Shown one piece after another: positions 8,679 to 18,503 of a stretch of DNA of 64,000 nucleotides. Position numbers and translations under genes: made by a program. The notes beneath the pieces are model-generated. The model saw nothing but the letters and a program-made list of their open reading frames with translations. It was not told the origin of the DNA and made no database searches. This stretch comes from Candidatus Bathyarchaeia archaeon. Lineage in GTDB: Archaea; Thermoproteota; Bathyarchaeia; Bathyarchaeales; Bathycorpusculaceae. Positions within the stretch are counted from its first letter, which is position 1. Each line of letters starts with the position of its first letter. The stretch spans positions 32,001 through 96,000 of the forward strand of contig JAVZLM010000008.1 of NCBI GenBank assembly GCA_038883775.1, written 5' to 3'.

Positions 8679-10058
8679 TTGAGTGAAGCTCAATTTGAAA
8701 AACTTGAAAGCATAGTTGTTGACCTGATGCGACAAGCAAAGGTTCCTGGACTGAGTATATCAGTTGTTATTGATGGAAAACCAGCATATGCAAAAGGATT
8801 TGGCGCAAGAAACCTAGAAAAGAATTTACCCATGACTCCAGATACGCTTTGGGGAATAGCTTCAATTTCAAAGTCTTTCTGCGCTATGGCAGTAATGCAG
8901 CTTGTTGAAAATGGAAAAATAGACCTTAACGCTCCGGTGAGAAAATACATTAATTTTAAACTTGGTAAGAAAGGTAAACCTATAACAATTCACCATTTGC
9001 TTTGTCATTCTTCAGGCATACCTGAACTTGATGCCACAACAGCTGCAACGGTTAAAGAAGCGTTTATTCCCATGAGTAGCGAAGAAGACTTTCTGCGTTT
9101 TGTAAATAAGGCAAACACAGAGATTTTTAGTGATCCAGGTGAAATGTTCATGTATAACAATGATATGTACACTTGTCTTGGGCTTGTAGTGCAGAAGGTC
9201 GCAAAGATGAGATATGAAGATTACGTGAAAAAGAACATTTTGAAACCTCTTCAAATGAATAGATCAACATTCATAAAAGAAGAGTTCGAAAAAGACGACA
9301 ATATTATTACAGGCTATGTCCTTTCAAAAGATGGAAAATCCATGGAACTCAAGCCAATCAAGAATGATAGGCTAGATTACGCTTGTGGTGGCTTATACTC
9401 TTCAGTTCGCGAATTACAGAATTACATGATAATGTTAATGAATGGCGGGGAATTTAATGGACATCAACTTTTGGAGAAGTCATCGATTGAGAAAATGTGG
9501 ACGCCATACATAAAACCGCCAGCTGCGTATGCCCATGGTGATGGCGGTTACGGTTATGGATGGAGCATTGAAAAGGAATTCTTTGGCTATAAGCTTGTAC
9601 AACATGGCGGAAATATTCCAACGTCGGGAGGCTTCTTAGCCATGGTTCCAGAGAAAAAATTAGGGATTGCACTTGGACAGATTCCAAATCCTTCGATAAT
9701 TCATGAAGCAATCGTTCGAGGGCTTCTCGCAATACTTCTGGGAGAAGACATGGACAAGGCAGCTCCAATAATTGGGATACAAAAAAAGCTTGAACGTATA
9801 ATTGGGAAATACAAGACTTATGGAATGGTGCAGGGAGAAATTTCAATGGAAGATGGTATTCTCTACTTAACTCTCATTTTCGAAGGAGAAAGTAAACCAG
9901 TGAAACTTCCTCTCCTAATTAAAGACATCGAGAAACTTAAGTTCTCAATTCCAGCCTTGCTGCCTGAACATGAAATGGATGTCCAAATAATTACAGATGA
10001 AAAAACTGGAAAAGTTCACATGCAGATAGATCGATACTATTTTCACAAAATCGCCTAA
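8679..10058 (+). CDS. Serine hydrolase, beta-lactamase class C / peptidase S12 family
   Basis: SxxK (ASISKS), YxN (YNN), HGG, LLCHSSG. Confidence 0.9.
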   Translation: MSEAQFEKLESIVVDLMRQAKVPGLSISVVIDGKPAYAKGFGARNLEKNLPMTPDTLWGIASISKSFCAMAVMQLVENGKIDLNAPVRKYINFKLGKKGKPITIHHLLCHSSGIPELDATTAATVKEAFIPMSSEEDFLRFVNKANTEIFSDPGEMFMYNNDMYTCLGLVVQKVAKMRYEDYVKKNILKPLQMNRSTFIKEEFEKDDNIITGYVLSKDGKSMELKPIKNDRLDYACGGLYSSVRELQNYMIMLMNGGEFNGHQLLEKSSIEKMWTPYIKPPAAYAHGDGGYGYGWSIEKEFFGYKLVQHGGNIPTSGGFLAMVPEKKLGIALGQIPNPSIIHEAIVRGLLAILLGEDMDKAAPIIGIQKKLERIIGKYKTYGMVQGEISMEDGILYLTLIFEGESKPVKLPLLIKDIEKLKFSIPALLPEHEMDVQIITDEKTGKVHMQIDRYYFHKIA

Positions 10059-10160
10059 AACCATCCATCATTCAATAATAATTTAGAGAAAGCCTTGTTA
10101 AAGTAAAATAGCTATAAAAACGTGAATGAAATTTTATTGCCATACTCTTTTTTTACATTG

Positions 10161-11945
10161 TTAATCTGTGATTTTTTCCAATTCCGTTATGAAATGTTGG
10201 TATTGTTTCATGCCTATTTGCCAAAAGTCTCTGCTGCTGATGTTGAAGCCTGCGATTTTGCCTATTTCTATGGGGGATAGGCTGCTTCCAGCCGATAGGA
10301 TTTGTTTCATTTTCGGTATGAAGGCTTTGCCTTCTTGGAGATACTTTTGGTAGAGGGCGTAAACGAATAGTTGTGCGTAAACATATGGGTAGTTGTAGAA
10401 TCGGAAGTTAGCCATATAATAGTGCGGTGTTATGCTCCATTCTGAAAGCATCTCGTTGAACCATTCCACAGTGTCGCCGTAGGCTTTGTTTCGTGCGGCA
10501 ACCCAATATTTGCATATGGTTTCATGGTTTAGGTATTCGCCTCTTTTGATAACATTGTAAATTTGCTGTTCAAACCATGCGCGGGCGGTTACGCTAAAGA
10601 TTACTCTTCCTGCGCCGTCGAGAATTCTGCAGAGAATCGCTTTCTTTTCCATGTCTGTTTTTGCTTCGCTTAGTAGGAGGTCTGTGAGGAGTAGTTCGCC
10701 AAATATGGAGGCGGTTTCTGCCACAACCATGGGAATCCTCGTGTTCAAAATTGTTTGGTTTCGGAAACAATAGTAGTCGTGGGTTGCGTGGCCGAGTTCG
10801 TGGGCTAATGTGTAAACGTCGTTTAGTCTTCCGTTGAAGCTTTGGAGTACGAAGGCTGATTTTCCATTATACCATCCTGCGCAAAAGGCGCCGTGCTGTT
10901 TGCCAAATCTTGGTGTAGCATCAATGTGGTTTCTTGCGAACATGTCTTTAACAGCGAAAGCATATTCTTCGTCGAAATTGCTGTAAGCTTTAATAACTAA
11001 GTCCTTAGCCTTTTCAAAGTCGAATTTCATTTCTGGCGCATCTGGTAAAGGTGCAATGATGTCGTGGCAGCCAAGCTTGGGTAAGCCCATTATTTTTGCC
11101 TTAAGCCTAAGATAATGCTTGTATAAGCCAACATTTTCTTCAACAACTTTAAGCAAATTGTCTATGGTTTGTTGGTCCACGTCATTGGCTATTAGGCTGG
11201 CGTGCATGGGTGAATCGTATTTTCTCCATTCGCAGACGCTTAGCCAATCATTACAGATATTCCTAAAAGCTGAGGAGAAGATTTCTCCGTCTTTCCCGAC
11301 AAGGCTGAAGACTGATTTGTAGGCTGATTCGCGGGTGGCACGGTCTGGATGAGCGAATAAGCCGTAGGCTTGGCCGAATGGAAGTGTTTTCTTTTCGCCT
11401 TCCACCATAACCTCAAACATTCGTGTGTTTAGCCATTTGGCTTGTAGTTCTTCCCATGCGGAAACTCCGAACTGGTCTTTTTCGATTATTAGTTTTTCTT
11501 CTGTTTCTGAAAGTTGGTGTGGAACTTTGCGCTTTAGTCTTTCTAGGGCATGTTTATAATTTGCCAAGAGTGGGTCTGAGATTAATTCTGGTTTTTCGTA
11601 GACTAGTTTTCCAACTTCAAGCTCGAAGAAGGCTAATAGTTTGCCAAGTTTTGCTTCTAACTTCATGGCCTTGTCATGGAGCGCTTGGGTTTCTGGTAAT
11701 GTCATGTTGGCAGCAAACGCAAGTTCGCAGAATAGCGTGATTTCTCTAAGTTTTGCTTGATACGCTTCAAACTCTTGTAGGCATAGGAGCAGTTCTTTGG
11801 CTGTGAAATCCTTAATTTTTCCTCGGTATTTGTTTGCGAATTTTTCAGCCATATCCGTTAATTCGCTCATGGCTTTCTGCACTGAAGGGTCTGTAATGCT
11901 TGGAAAAATTTCGGACAAGTTCCAAACAACTTCACTTTTCATCAT
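10161..11945 (-). CDS. pepF: Oligoendopeptidase F (M3B)
   Basis: TLAHELGHA zinc motif; AETASIFGE; HYY...FYNYPY. Confidence 0.9.
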   Translation of the reverse strand: MMKSEVVWNLSEIFPSITDPSVQKAMSELTDMAEKFANKYRGKIKDFTAKELLLCLQEFEAYQAKLREITLFCELAFAANMTLPETQALHDKAMKLEAKLGKLLAFFELEVGKLVYEKPELISDPLLANYKHALERLKRKVPHQLSETEEKLIIEKDQFGVSAWEELQAKWLNTRMFEVMVEGEKKTLPFGQAYGLFAHPDRATRESAYKSVFSLVGKDGEIFSSAFRNICNDWLSVCEWRKYDSPMHASLIANDVDQQTIDNLLKVVEENVGLYKHYLRLKAKIMGLPKLGCHDIIAPLPDAPEMKFDFEKAKDLVIKAYSNFDEEYAFAVKDMFARNHIDATPRFGKQHGAFCAGWYNGKSAFVLQSFNGRLNDVYTLAHELGHATHDYYCFRNQTILNTRIPMVVAETASIFGELLLTDLLLSEAKTDMEKKAILCRILDGAGRVIFSVTARAWFEQQIYNVIKRGEYLNHETICKYWVAARNKAYGDTVEWFNEMLSEWSITPHYYMANFRFYNYPYVYAQLFVYALYQKYLQEGKAFIPKMKQILSAGSSLSPIEIGKIAGFNISSRDFWQIGMKQYQHFITELEKITD

Positions 11946-12030
11946 ATCTTAATCACATTCCAACAGCAGAATAACCCATTAAAGCAGCAACAAAATTTAA
12001 AGCTTAAGAGTAACAAAGCCTTTTAATGTG

Positions 12031-12083
12031 GATTTTAGGAAGTTTTCAACGGCTAAATTGGATACCCTCTCTAGATTTTTGTG
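12031..12083 (+). repeat. 53-bp imperfect direct repeat, copy 1, flanking the TA pair
   Basis: 47/53 identical to 12607-12659. Confidence 0.85.
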
Positions 12084-12101
12084 CGGAGTTGTTTGAGATG
12101 T

Positions 12102-12365
12102 TTATTCGTAGGCTTTTTCTCTTGGTCCTATGTAGTGGATTAGTATTGTTTTTTCATTCCAGAAAACTTGGTAAACTATTCGAAGGTTGCCTATTCTGAT
12201 TCTGTATGTGCTTTCGTAGCCTTGGAGTTTGCAGACATCAACTTTTTTGAATGGTATTGGGTCGTTTTTTAGAATTAAGATTATTGTTTCTATGTTTCTT
12301 TTTTGTTTTTGGTTTAGTTTTTCGAGTTTTCTGAGGGCTTTTCTCTTAATCTTTACGGCGAACAT
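12102..12365 (-). CDS. RelE/ParE family toxin
   Basis: KLQG...YRIRIGNLRIVY...IGPREKAY. Confidence 0.9.
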   Translation of the reverse strand: MFAVKIKRKALRKLEKLNQKQKRNIETIILILKNDPIPFKKVDVCKLQGYESTYRIRIGNLRIVYQVFWNEKTILIHYIGPREKAYE

Positions 12366-12546
12366 TAGTTTTGCCCAACGCCTTCATTAGTTCTTTCTCA
12401 TTAGCTACTTCGTCTTTCTCTTCTATGGCTTTTCTTTCTTCGGGTGTGGGTTGTTCGGTTGGTATTAGTTTTTCTACTAGTTCTTTGTAGAGAAGCCTTA
12501 GCTCTCGCAGTTCTTTTCTAATGTCTTTTAACACTTCGACGCTCAT
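12346..12546 (-). CDS. Putative cognate antitoxin (RelB-like)
   Basis: Small ORF with acidic C-terminus (PTPEERKAIEE) overlapping the toxin start. Confidence 0.75.
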   Translation of the reverse strand: MSVEVLKDIRKELRELRLLYKELVEKLIPTEQPTPEERKAIEEKDEVANEKELMKALGKTNVRRKD

Positions 12547-12606
12547 AATTTCAAAGCCCCTAGTGTATGATTATTTAAAATCACACTTATAATTATTAAC
12601 ATTGTT

Positions 12607-12659
12607 GATTTTAGAAAAGTTTCAACTGCTAAATTGGATGCCCTCTCTAGGTTTTTGTG
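12607..12659 (+). repeat. 53-bp imperfect direct repeat, copy 2
   Basis: GATTTTAGAAAAGTTTCAACTGCTAAATTGGATGCCCTCTCTAGGTTTTTGTG. Confidence 0.85.
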
Positions 12660-12757
12660 GGTTGTCACGCGGGGTTCTTTGAGCATTCTAATTTAATCAG
12701 TGTTTTAATCAAAAGTCTTATGGGTGTAAAATGATGAAAAAAGAAAAGGGTGAAAGA

Positions 12758-13219
12758 ATGAGCGAAGAAGGGTGGAGTCCTCCTAAATGGATGTATAGAG
12801 AAAGAAAGCCTCCAAATGATGATGCCTATTTTGAGAACATGACAAGAGTTATTTTTCTGGCTGGGTTGGGGTGGAGGATGATTGATGAGAAATGGTCTAA
12901 CTTTAAGAAGGCTTTTAGGGACTTCTCTGTGGATGAGGTTGCCGAGTTTGGCGATGATGACGTTAAGCGGCTTATGAGCGACGCTGGTATTGTAAGGAAT
13001 AGGGTAAAGATAACGGCAACTATTAGCAATGCAAGGCAATTTCAAAACATAAGAAAAGAGTATGGGTCATTCAAATCTTACTTGGATGGGCTTGATAAAT
13101 CAAATAATTATGCATTAGCCATTAAGGAGCTTGGCAAGAAATTTAAAAGACTTGGTCCTTCATCAGCAAGAATTTTCCTATTCAGCGTCGGAGAAAACAT
13201 AAGACACTCGGAAGAATAA
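12758..13219 (+). CDS. DNA-3-methyladenine glycosylase I (Tag-like)
   Basis: FLAGLGW, FKKAF, GIVRNRVKI, FKRLGP. Start moved to MSEEG after a GGTGA RBS. Confidence 0.85.
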   Translation: MSEEGWSPPKWMYRERKPPNDDAYFENMTRVIFLAGLGWRMIDEKWSNFKKAFRDFSVDEVAEFGDDDVKRLMSDAGIVRNRVKITATISNARQFQNIRKEYGSFKSYLDGLDKSNNYALAIKELGKKFKRLGPSSARIFLFSVGENIRHSEE

Positions 13220-13224
13220 AGGAT

Positions 13225-14040
13225 ATGCCAAGGTATACAATTCCAGTTTGGGAAATGTGCATTCAAGCTTTAGAACAGTTAGGCGGTCGTAAAAAATATG
13301 TTCCTTTAAAAGATATCGTTGCTAAAGTGCATGAATTATGGCTTACACAGAACGTAAATGAGGAAACAATACGTTGTCAAGTTTTTAGACACTGTATCAA
13401 CTGTCATCCAACTCACGATGAGTTTCCAGATAAAGGTAAAATGTGGAGACAAAGAAAATTGTTTGTGACTGATGGAAAAGGAAACTATCGCTTTTATGAT
13501 GAAGGAAAAGATAGAAAAATTTACGTGGCATCTTTGAGAGAAGACGAAGAGGAAAGAATAGAGGTTCCATCTAAGTTTCTGGGAAATAGAAAAAAGGAAT
13601 CTAAGAGAGCAGCTCCACTCACTGATGTTTACATAAATGCTATACAAAAATTGCAAGTAATTGGAAATAAATTAGGATTCAAAACTGAAGATGGAGTGAG
13701 GATAGAAGGCGGTGAAGTTGACCATGTTTGGTTCATTGATTTTGGTGCCAACCTCCCTTACTTTGGATCTAAAATTCCCGTAGTTGGATTTGAGATTGAG
13801 ACAAGTTGGAGAACTCGAAAACATATTAAAGGTGATGTTTTCAATTTGTTAACAATTAATTCTGCATTTGGAATTATACTATTTCTTAGACAAGGTTTCC
13901 GCAGCGAATCTCAGTTCAAAGGAAATGTGAATGCTGCAAAAAGATATGTTCGAACTTTTGAAGGAAGAAAAAAGATTTTCGTATGGTCGGAGGAAGACTT
14001 AAGTGAACTTTGGGGACGAATTAATTTACTACGTAAATAA
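13225..14040 (+). CDS. N-terminal wHTH-like domain fused to a PD-(D/E)XK nuclease-like domain
   Basis: C-terminal VDHVW...VGFEIET...KHIKGD; helical N-terminal domain with TIRCQ. Confidence 0.6.
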   Translation: MPRYTIPVWEMCIQALEQLGGRKKYVPLKDIVAKVHELWLTQNVNEETIRCQVFRHCINCHPTHDEFPDKGKMWRQRKLFVTDGKGNYRFYDEGKDRKIYVASLREDEEERIEVPSKFLGNRKKESKRAAPLTDVYINAIQKLQVIGNKLGFKTEDGVRIEGGEVDHVWFIDFGANLPYFGSKIPVVGFEIETSWRTRKHIKGDVFNLLTINSAFGIILFLRQGFRSESQFKGNVNAAKRYVRTFEGRKKIFVWSEEDLSELWGRINLLRK

Positions 14041-14886
14041 AGTAGCCCAAGGCGCTGCACCATACTGAAAAACTATGGGTTCATCAGAAAAAAGCACTTT
14101 TGGATGAGAAGAAAAATCTTCAGAAAATTTGTTATACGTCTTTCGAATTAGATCTTCATTTGCTATACCTAAAACGTGAATACTAAATCGTGCATGCACA
14201 AAAAATCGAGTTGATTCAACAATTTGCTTAAGGGATCTTTCATAAACGTATTTAAGTATTGCCTCCATATGGTCAGAGCTTATAATAAGATCTTTAGAGT
14301 GGCTATCTATAAAAACAAAAAGGTTAGTCAAAACAGCGTTTTTTCTTTCAGATGATTCTATTTCTTTCAAATACGAACTATTATCCATTCCTTCAATTTT
14401 AATCTCTTCTACTTCATTTCTTTTAGCCAGTTTCTGAATCGCTTGAGCTTTTTTCGAATAAAAAATAAGCCTCCGTATATCCCAACAATATACGCCCCTT
14501 GACAAAAGTTTATCTATTTTATCTTCTGTCTGTGTATAATTTGTTACAATGACCATTCCGTCAAGTTCTCTAAGAATAGAATCTTTCGGATCTTTGGAAT
14601 TTTTTGCTAGTTGAACTTTTTCAATAAGTTCTGTAACATCTTTCTCTTTGAAGTCTCCTCTTTTTAAACTAAATGCTGTAGCACCATGTGGCGCAAAAAA
14701 TGGAGGCAAAAGTTTGCAATGATTCAAAGGTTTTTTAATGATAGGTTCACCATAAAATTTTGCTATGATATCTAACCCAGATTTTGTATCTCGCTTTCTG
14801 AGGACATTATAACCAAGCCTATCTAAGAGATCTGCAAATGAATCTTCCATGACTCTACTTATTTCGGGAGGAAAATGACCTGACAA
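14029..14886 (-). CDS. Restriction endonuclease-like (Mrr-like) protein
   Basis: MEDSFADLLDRLGY...GLDIIAK...SLK...MVIVTN pattern. Confidence 0.55.
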   Translation of the reverse strand: MSGHFPPEISRVMEDSFADLLDRLGYNVLRKRDTKSGLDIIAKFYGEPIIKKPLNHCKLLPPFFAPHGATAFSLKRGDFKEKDVTELIEKVQLAKNSKDPKDSILRELDGMVIVTNYTQTEDKIDKLLSRGVYCWDIRRLIFYSKKAQAIQKLAKRNEVEEIKIEGMDNSSYLKEIESSERKNAVLTNLFVFIDSHSKDLIISSDHMEAILKYVYERSLKQIVESTRFFVHARFSIHVLGIANEDLIRKTYNKFSEDFSSHPKVLFSDEPIVFQYGAAPWATLFT

Positions 14887-14895
14887 GATGTTTTT

Positions 14896-15378
14896 TCACT
14901 CAGGAAGTTTGAAGTACGCCCATTTTCCTTCTTTTTGTATGCGACGAAGTACGCCTCGTTGCACGAGTCTAGTCAAATAAACGTTTACTGCTGGTACGCT
15001 ATCAGGAACAGCATTAACCTCAAGTGCCTTTACAACTTCAGCCACCGTACGTGGTGTCCGCCCCCAAGGAGTGCTAAATAGTGCCTCCAAGTTTTCCATC
15101 GTTCTTCTGGAAGGTTTAATCGCTGGTATATCAGCAGTAGGAATTCTAGCCACCTCTTCTGGAGAAAGAGCAGATTCAGGCTCAGCTGAAGGAATTTCTT
15201 CAACAAGTCCTAACTTCTCTGTGACCTTATCTGTAAATTCAGCAAGAGCATCTAGTTCTTTAGAAATAGCTGAGATTGTGCCTTTAGTAAAAATCTTAAA
15301 ACCTTTTCTTCGCACTATAAGTTTCACTGGGAGTTCTGATTTCTCGCTAAGATTTTGTTCTTTCTTCAATTTCATCAT
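14896..15378 (-). CDS. Hypothetical protein with C-terminal winged helix
   Basis: PRTVAEVVKAL...YLTRLVQRGVLRR...WAY. Confidence 0.65.
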   Translation of the reverse strand: MMKLKKEQNLSEKSELPVKLIVRRKGFKIFTKGTISAISKELDALAEFTDKVTEKLGLVEEIPSAEPESALSPEEVARIPTADIPAIKPSRRTMENLEALFSTPWGRTPRTVAEVVKALEVNAVPDSVPAVNVYLTRLVQRGVLRRIQKEGKWAYFKLPE

Positions 15379-15469
15379 CTCAAACAAGTTCAAATAATTA
15401 TATCCATTTTTAGACTTTAAAATTTTACCGCTGAGTCTAATTTTTGGGCATATGCTCAATATTTTGAAC

Positions 15470-15871
15470 TTAAGGCGGTGGTCTTTTCTGAGCATACTGA
15501 TACCTTCGTGGTTTTCCTTCTCTTGTTAAAATTCCATCTTTTACTAAATCGATTAGGGCGTGGGCTACTGCTGTTCTGTCGTAGTGGAAGCCTCTTTTTG
15601 CCATTTCGCTGTGGACTTCGCTTAAGCCCTTAGCCGTTGTGAACCAGCCTTCTTCCCATAGTTTTTGTATTATGCCTTTGCATGTTTCTGCGCGTGGTGG
15701 TGCTGCTGCTCTTTCGCTTATGATGGGCGATTCTTTCAGCTTTTCTGTTACTGTTGATAGTATGCGGTCTACTGTTGCCTGCAACTGGTCTTCTTGGCAT
15801 TCTATTTCGAATTCTATTTCGCCTATGCGCATTTTTACTCGGATTGGTGGTTTTGGCTGGTTTTGTGTCAA
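15470..15871 (-). CDS. Hypothetical protein with C-terminal winged helix (paralog-like to neighbour)
   Basis: LWEEGWF...LSEVH...ALIDLVKDGILTREG...YQY. Start moved to TTG after AGGTGG. Confidence 0.7.
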   Translation of the reverse strand: MTQNQPKPPIRVKMRIGEIEFEIECQEDQLQATVDRILSTVTEKLKESPIISERAAAPPRAETCKGIIQKLWEEGWFTTAKGLSEVHSEMAKRGFHYDRTAVAHALIDLVKDGILTREGKPRRYQYAQKRPPP

Positions 15872-15961
15872 TTTCCCACCTTGTTGTTTATTGAATTGTG
15901 CATCTTGTTCATGCACAACATTTAAATACATCTTCCCCAAACAATTGGCTATTGGTGAATC

Positions 15962-17008
15962 TTGGTGAACACACAATACACTATAACAACAACACAGAAA
16001 TATAATTTTCCACAACCAACCACAGAAACAGCACTGCCGCAACGCCTAATACAATTAAGCCTCCACTCGCTAAAAAATGCGCAAAACAACAACATTCAAC
16101 AAAACCAACAAGGCATACACGCAACCCAATTTCTTCAGCCCATACCCCTAAAACCCAAACAAGAACCAACCATAATCGCAGCAGTAGACACTTCAAGCAT
16201 AAAAATAGGCGAAACAAGCACTGGCATCCTCATAGCCATAAGAGGCGCCAACGTATGGAAACAAAACCGCACTTACCGCTATATGCGCCTAGGACCCTTC
16301 ATCCTCCACATAACAGAAGAAAACAAAAAAGAAGTATACTGCGCATTGCAAAACGCACTAAACCCATCCAACGAAAACCATCTAAACTCGCCGAACATGC
16401 AGCAAATGCCAAACCGCCTCGCAAGCCTACTTGAAAGATGGCTACAAAAAATGCTCTCAAAAACTCTAAACAACAGCCTAATTCTCTTCGACGGCTCATT
16501 GACGAGTGGAACTCCAGACACGCCAACAAAAACCATGAAAGAAATCCTAGAAACAGCAAGAAAAAGAGAAAACACGGTTTTAGCCTTCTCAAAAATGACA
16601 AATTTGAGACTTAACGGGCACATAATAACCGAAATCTTGCCAACGCATAAGCCGCCCTACATGATTGAAGCCTTTGGTTTAAAGGCTAAGCCTCCAATAG
16701 TTTTGTTCGGCGACATCTACATTGCCAAACTATCCAAAGGAAACTGCGCCTTCAGACTGGACATTGACAAGGAAACGCCATTACCGCAGAGAATCGAGGC
16801 TGTTGAAAAGCTTTTGGGAAATGACCTTCTCACCCAAGGTTATCCAGAAACACTGCGTTTGGCGCATATCCTCTGCACATTCACAGCCAACGAAGTCCTA
16901 GCCATGCAGCACTTCATAACGCGAAAATGCGGCGTCAAAATCATAAACAGACCAGACATGCACAAGCTTCTATTCGGAGTTTTCGGAAAAGGAGAGGCAA
17001 ATTCATGA
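15962..17008 (+). CDS. NurA-family nuclease
   Basis: AAVDTS, ILFDGSL, FSK, GYPETLRLAH. Start uncertain. Confidence 0.85.
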   Translation: MVNTQYTITTTQKYNFPQPTTETALPQRLIQLSLHSLKNAQNNNIQQNQQGIHATQFLQPIPLKPKQEPTIIAAVDTSSIKIGETSTGILIAIRGANVWKQNRTYRYMRLGPFILHITEENKKEVYCALQNALNPSNENHLNSPNMQQMPNRLASLLERWLQKMLSKTLNNSLILFDGSLTSGTPDTPTKTMKEILETARKRENTVLAFSKMTNLRLNGHIITEILPTHKPPYMIEAFGLKAKPPIVLFGDIYIAKLSKGNCAFRLDIDKETPLPQRIEAVEKLLGNDLLTQGYPETLRLAHILCTFTANEVLAMQHFITRKCGVKIINRPDMHKLLFGVFGKGEANS

Positions 17009-18459
17009 AGCTATACAAGAAAGAGGGCAACATAATCCAAATCTTAAGTTTCCCAAACGAAAACGTGGAGAAGGGCGATTACTTGCTTATTGAAGATGCT
17101 GATGCTGGAAAAGCCCTAATTGCACAGGTTATTGACGTGCAATTTGCGAATATTCCTGGAATCCTTGAAGAACTCTTGCGTGGCTTGCCAGACGGCGGAG
17201 AACTAATCCAAGGCGAAGACTTCGACCCATTAGAAATTGCGCCTCACATAACTTATATTCAAGACGCAAGCCTCCTCATCTGCAAAATAAGGGCTACAGT
17301 GGAGAATGAAGGTTTAAGCCCAAGCAGTTCATGGCTTCCTTCACGCTCGCAATCGGCAATAAAAAAACTGCCAATACCAATGCTGCTTAAACTGGCGAAA
17401 GTTGATGGAAAACTATCAATACAATTAGGCGCCACAAAAGATGCTTCACCCTTAACAATTGACGCCTCAGCCCTCGATGGAAGACTAAACATAATCACTG
17501 GAAAAAAGGAAACTGGTAAGTCGCATCTCTCAAAACTTTTAATTTCAAACCTTGTAGGATATAAAGCCACAGTTATCGTCTTCGACTTAAACGGCGAATA
17601 CCTAAGCCTCGGAATGACAGCAGACGGGAAAAGAAACGCCTATTACGATAAAATTCATGTTTTGACGCCGGCACAAAACTTTAAGGTAGCCCTAAAACAA
17701 CTAAACCTCCACGTATTACTAGACATTCTCATTCACGCACTTCACTTGCCTGGAACATCAGCCCGCGAGTTTAGACGCATATGGCAATCGCTGAAAGAAC
17801 GAGACATGCTAAACATGCATGAGTTGGGCGAGACTATACGAAATTGGCACTGCAATCAACATGTCAAAGACGCATTATTTTCACGCTATTATGCTTTGGT
17901 CAATTCTGGATTTTTCACAGACAACGTGGCAGAAGCAACCATACTAGAAGAATGCATATTTAAGGCGAAGGAACACGGCGGAGCAATAATAATAAACCTA
18001 AGAAACACTTCGATGATTGACCGCCAAATAGTCGTCGAATACTTATTGGGAAAACTTGTCGAACTCCTAACAAGCTGGAAATTGAAGGCTGTTTTCCTAT
18101 TCGCTGAAGAAGCGCATTTGTATTTGCGGGAAACGTATTGGGATGACATCGTAACGCGAATGCGCCACTTTGGCATATTTACAACTTTCATAACCAATCA
18201 GCCAGACACAATACGCGAAAACATTTACCGCCAAGCAGACAACATATTCCTCTTCAACTTCACAAACGAACACGACCTAGAAGTAGTTTCAAGGGCAGCC
18301 CGTGTGGATGCGGAAACAGTGAAATCCATAGCCAAAGACTTGCCGCCGCACTATTGCCTAGTTCTTGGAAAAGTTGTTAAGGATTTTCCAATGGTTGTGA
18401 AGGTCAAGGCTTTAGACATAAAAACAATGGGAGAAACCCGCCTATTCTTCAAAAATTAA
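17005..18459 (+). CDS. HerA/DUF87 family ATPase
   Basis: N-terminal HAS-barrel-like region; Walker A GKKETGKS; FDLNGEY; Walker B AEEAH; RMRH; TNQP. ATGA overlap with nurA. Confidence 0.85.
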   Translation: MKLYKKEGNIIQILSFPNENVEKGDYLLIEDADAGKALIAQVIDVQFANIPGILEELLRGLPDGGELIQGEDFDPLEIAPHITYIQDASLLICKIRATVENEGLSPSSSWLPSRSQSAIKKLPIPMLLKLAKVDGKLSIQLGATKDASPLTIDASALDGRLNIITGKKETGKSHLSKLLISNLVGYKATVIVFDLNGEYLSLGMTADGKRNAYYDKIHVLTPAQNFKVALKQLNLHVLLDILIHALHLPGTSAREFRRIWQSLKERDMLNMHELGETIRNWHCNQHVKDALFSRYYALVNSGFFTDNVAEATILEECIFKAKEHGGAIIINLRNTSMIDRQIVVEYLLGKLVELLTSWKLKAVFLFAEEAHLYLRETYWDDIVTRMRHFGIFTTFITNQPDTIRENIYRQADNIFLFNFTNEHDLEVVSRAARVDAETVKSIAKDLPPHYCLVLGKVVKDFPMVVKVKALDIKTMGETRLFFKN

Positions 18460-18503
18460 AATCTTCAAGGACAAACAAGGTATAGAATTTTTTGATTTAA
18501 AAA

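Noticed and set aside
15530-16620. Strong A/C versus G/T strand skew patches
   Set aside because: Here the skew follows the coding strand, and similar patches recur in ordinary genes (hutH, padR at 43.7 kb); no discrete repeat or element boundary was found.
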